A stretch of 63,974 bases of DNA, filler included, from Octopus bimaculoides (Eukaryota): assembly GCF_001194135.2 (NCBI RefSeq). It is 6 parts of 6 records of this genome, joined end to end, with 100 filler letters (N's around TTAATTAATTAA, not from the genome) between each part and the next. Parts side by side here need not be neighbours in the genome. Positions count along the whole stretch, not along the records: positions 44,882 to 62,231 come from NC_068988.1; positions 62,332 to 63,974 come from NW_026372954.1; 4 more parts are not named here. One strand, 5' to 3'. The notes under the pieces are model-generated. The model did not search any database. It had not been told where the DNA came from and worked only from the letters and a program-made list of their open reading frames with translations. Below are positions 61,985-63,974 of the stretch, one piece after another; positions within the stretch are counted from its first letter, which is position 1, and each line of letters begins with the position of its first letter. The position numbers and the translations under genes were made by a program.

Positions 61985-63780
61985 TTAGGATGATGATGAT
62001 GATGATGATGATGATAGTGGTGGTGGAAGTGGAGATAGTGATGGTGGTGAAGGTGGTAGTGGTGGCGGAGATTGTGGTGGTAGTGATGGTGTGGGTGGTA
62101 GATGTGGTGGTAGTGGTGGTAATGGATGTGCAGGTAGTGATGGTGGTAGTGGTGATGCTGCTGGTGCTAGCAATGGCGGTGGGGATAGTGGTGGTGTTAG
62201 TACTAGTAGTAGTAGCTCGGTGGTAGTGGTANNNNNNNNNNNNNNNNNNNNNNNNNNNNNNNNNNNNNNNNNNNNTTAATTAATTAANNNNNNNNNNNNN
62301 NNNNNNNNNNNNNNNNNNNNNNNNNNNNNNNTGATGATGGTGATGATGATGATGGTGATGATGATGATGATGGTGATGATAGCGATGATGGTGATGAAGA
62401 AGAAAATGAAGAGCAACAGATACAAATGATGATGATGATGATGGAGAAGAAAATGAAGAAGAAATAATTAGGAAAAGCGCTGTATCGCTAAATACTGAAT
62501 ACAAAGCTATAAACCGCAAAATCACCGACGCCACACCACTACCACCTCCCTCCTCCCCCTCCTCCACCGCCAGCACTACGGCAATCACACCAGATCCACC
62601 CGACTAGATCTACCCCGTTTTGTTTAAATGAAGTTCTACGGAGCAAAGCCATTATTAATTGCAATATGGCGTCCAATTTCCTGTTGACTGGTTAAGAGTT
62701 GGGTGGGTGGGGGAGGAGGTGTTCGGTGGAAGGTTGACAGTGNNNNNNNNNNNNNNNNNNNNNNNNNNNNNNNNNNNNNNNNNNNNNNNNNNNNNNNNNN
62801 NNNNNNNNNNNNNNNNNNNNNNNNNNNNNNNNNNNNNNNNNNNNNNNNNNNNNNNNNNNNNNNNNNNNNNNNNNNNNNNNNNNNNNNNNNNNNNNNNNNN
62901 NNNNNNNNNNNNNNNNNNNNNNNNNNNNNNNNNNNNNNNNNNNNNNNNNNNNNNNNNNNNNNNNNNNNNNNNNNNNNNNNNNNNNNNNNNNNNNNNNNNN
63001 NNNNNNNNNNNNNNNNNNNNNNNNNNNNNNNNNNNNNNNNNNNNNNNNNNNNNNNNNNNNNNNNNNNNNNNNNNNNNNNNNNNNNNNNNNNNNNNNNNNN
63101 NNNNNNNNNNNNNNNNNNNGTGGTGGTGGTGTTGGTAGTGATGGTGATGGTGGTGGTTGTTGTAGTGGTGGTGGTGTTGATAGTGATGATGATAAATAGC
63201 AGTAAAGTTAATTGTAATGGTTGTGTGGGGGTGGTGGGTAGTGGTTGTGGTGGTAGTAATGAGGGTGGTGATGGTGGAGACGGCGGTTGTAGTCGTGGAG
63301 GTTGTAGTAGCAGTAGCGGTTGTGCGGGTTATGCTACTGGTGGTGGTGGTGGTGGCAGTGGTGCTGACGATGATGATGATGCTTGAAGTGGTGGTCTTGG
63401 TGGTAGTTATGATATACTGGCGATAATGCTGGCGATGATGAAGATGGTTGTGGTGGTGGTGGAGTTGTCAGTGTGAGTGGTATTGTTGTTGTTGATGTTC
63501 GAAGATTGTGGTTATGATGATGCGGAGGTGGTTTCCGAAAGTGAAAGTGAAACTTAAATATCACCGTGATGGTGATGGTGGTGGTGATGCTAACAGCGAC
63601 CTCACTGTTTACCCCCGATGGTTGGTGATGGTGATGGTCGTCTTCGTGGCGGCGGCTACAGTGGTGGTGGAGTTAAGATCTTGGAGGGTACTCTTCGTGT
63701 TGGTGGAGGTGGATTTCCCGGAGGTTGTAGTAGTGGTGGCTGCGCATTGGTTGCTGGTGGTGGTGACAGTGGCGGATGTG
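61985..63780. repeat. (GAT)n/(GGT)n/(TAG)n low-complexity region interrupted by gaps
   Basis: Direct inspection; similar (ACC)n tracts at 25240-25511 and 58520-58625. Confidence 0.9.
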
Positions 63781-63974
63781 GTGTCGATAAGGGTGGACAT
63801 GATGGTAAGAGAATGGTAACCGAAAGGGATTAAAAGAACAAAAAGGAGTACGAAGGAAGACACGACGAAGGAGTCTGAGAGACGAAAAGGGGTCAAGAAA
63901 CTATGCACCCGGGTAGATAGAGAGAGAGAGAGAGACATATAGACAGATAGATATATAGATAGATAGAGAGAGAG

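Overview
AT-rich, repeat-saturated metazoan genomic DNA from a gapped short-read scaffold. The SINE families, microsatellite load and long introns look like an octopus/coleoid cephalopod; this is inference, not a database match. Most ORFs in the supplied track are artefacts of microsatellites or N-runs. One real gene is recognisable by manual splice analysis: MALSU1 (mitochondrial RsfS/Iojap family) on the + strand. Its last two coding exons (46008-46089 and 55649-55848) join in frame across a 9559-bp GT-AG intron. The conserved upstream exon is not visible and probably lies in a gap; a possible short first exon is at 44179-44206. The rest is mobile-element debris: a near-full-length mariner, two DD37D/maT-like Tc1-mariner copies, a long-TIR MITE, a hAT-like MITE, Penelope-like RT fragments and pLTRs, RTE/CR1/R4-type LINE fragments, and dozens of copies of four SINE-like families. 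The best second-look items are an apparently intact minimal type I hammerhead ribozyme in a Penelope-type pLTR (30825-30859) with two degenerate relatives, several near-perfect foldback structures, inverted SINE pairs bracketing a MALSU1 exon, and weak splice-consistent traces of an unidentified gene around 22-28 kb. I found no prokaryotic-type system, no CRISPR array and no clearly new multi-gene system. Repeat boundaries are read by eye and are approximate to within tens of bp.
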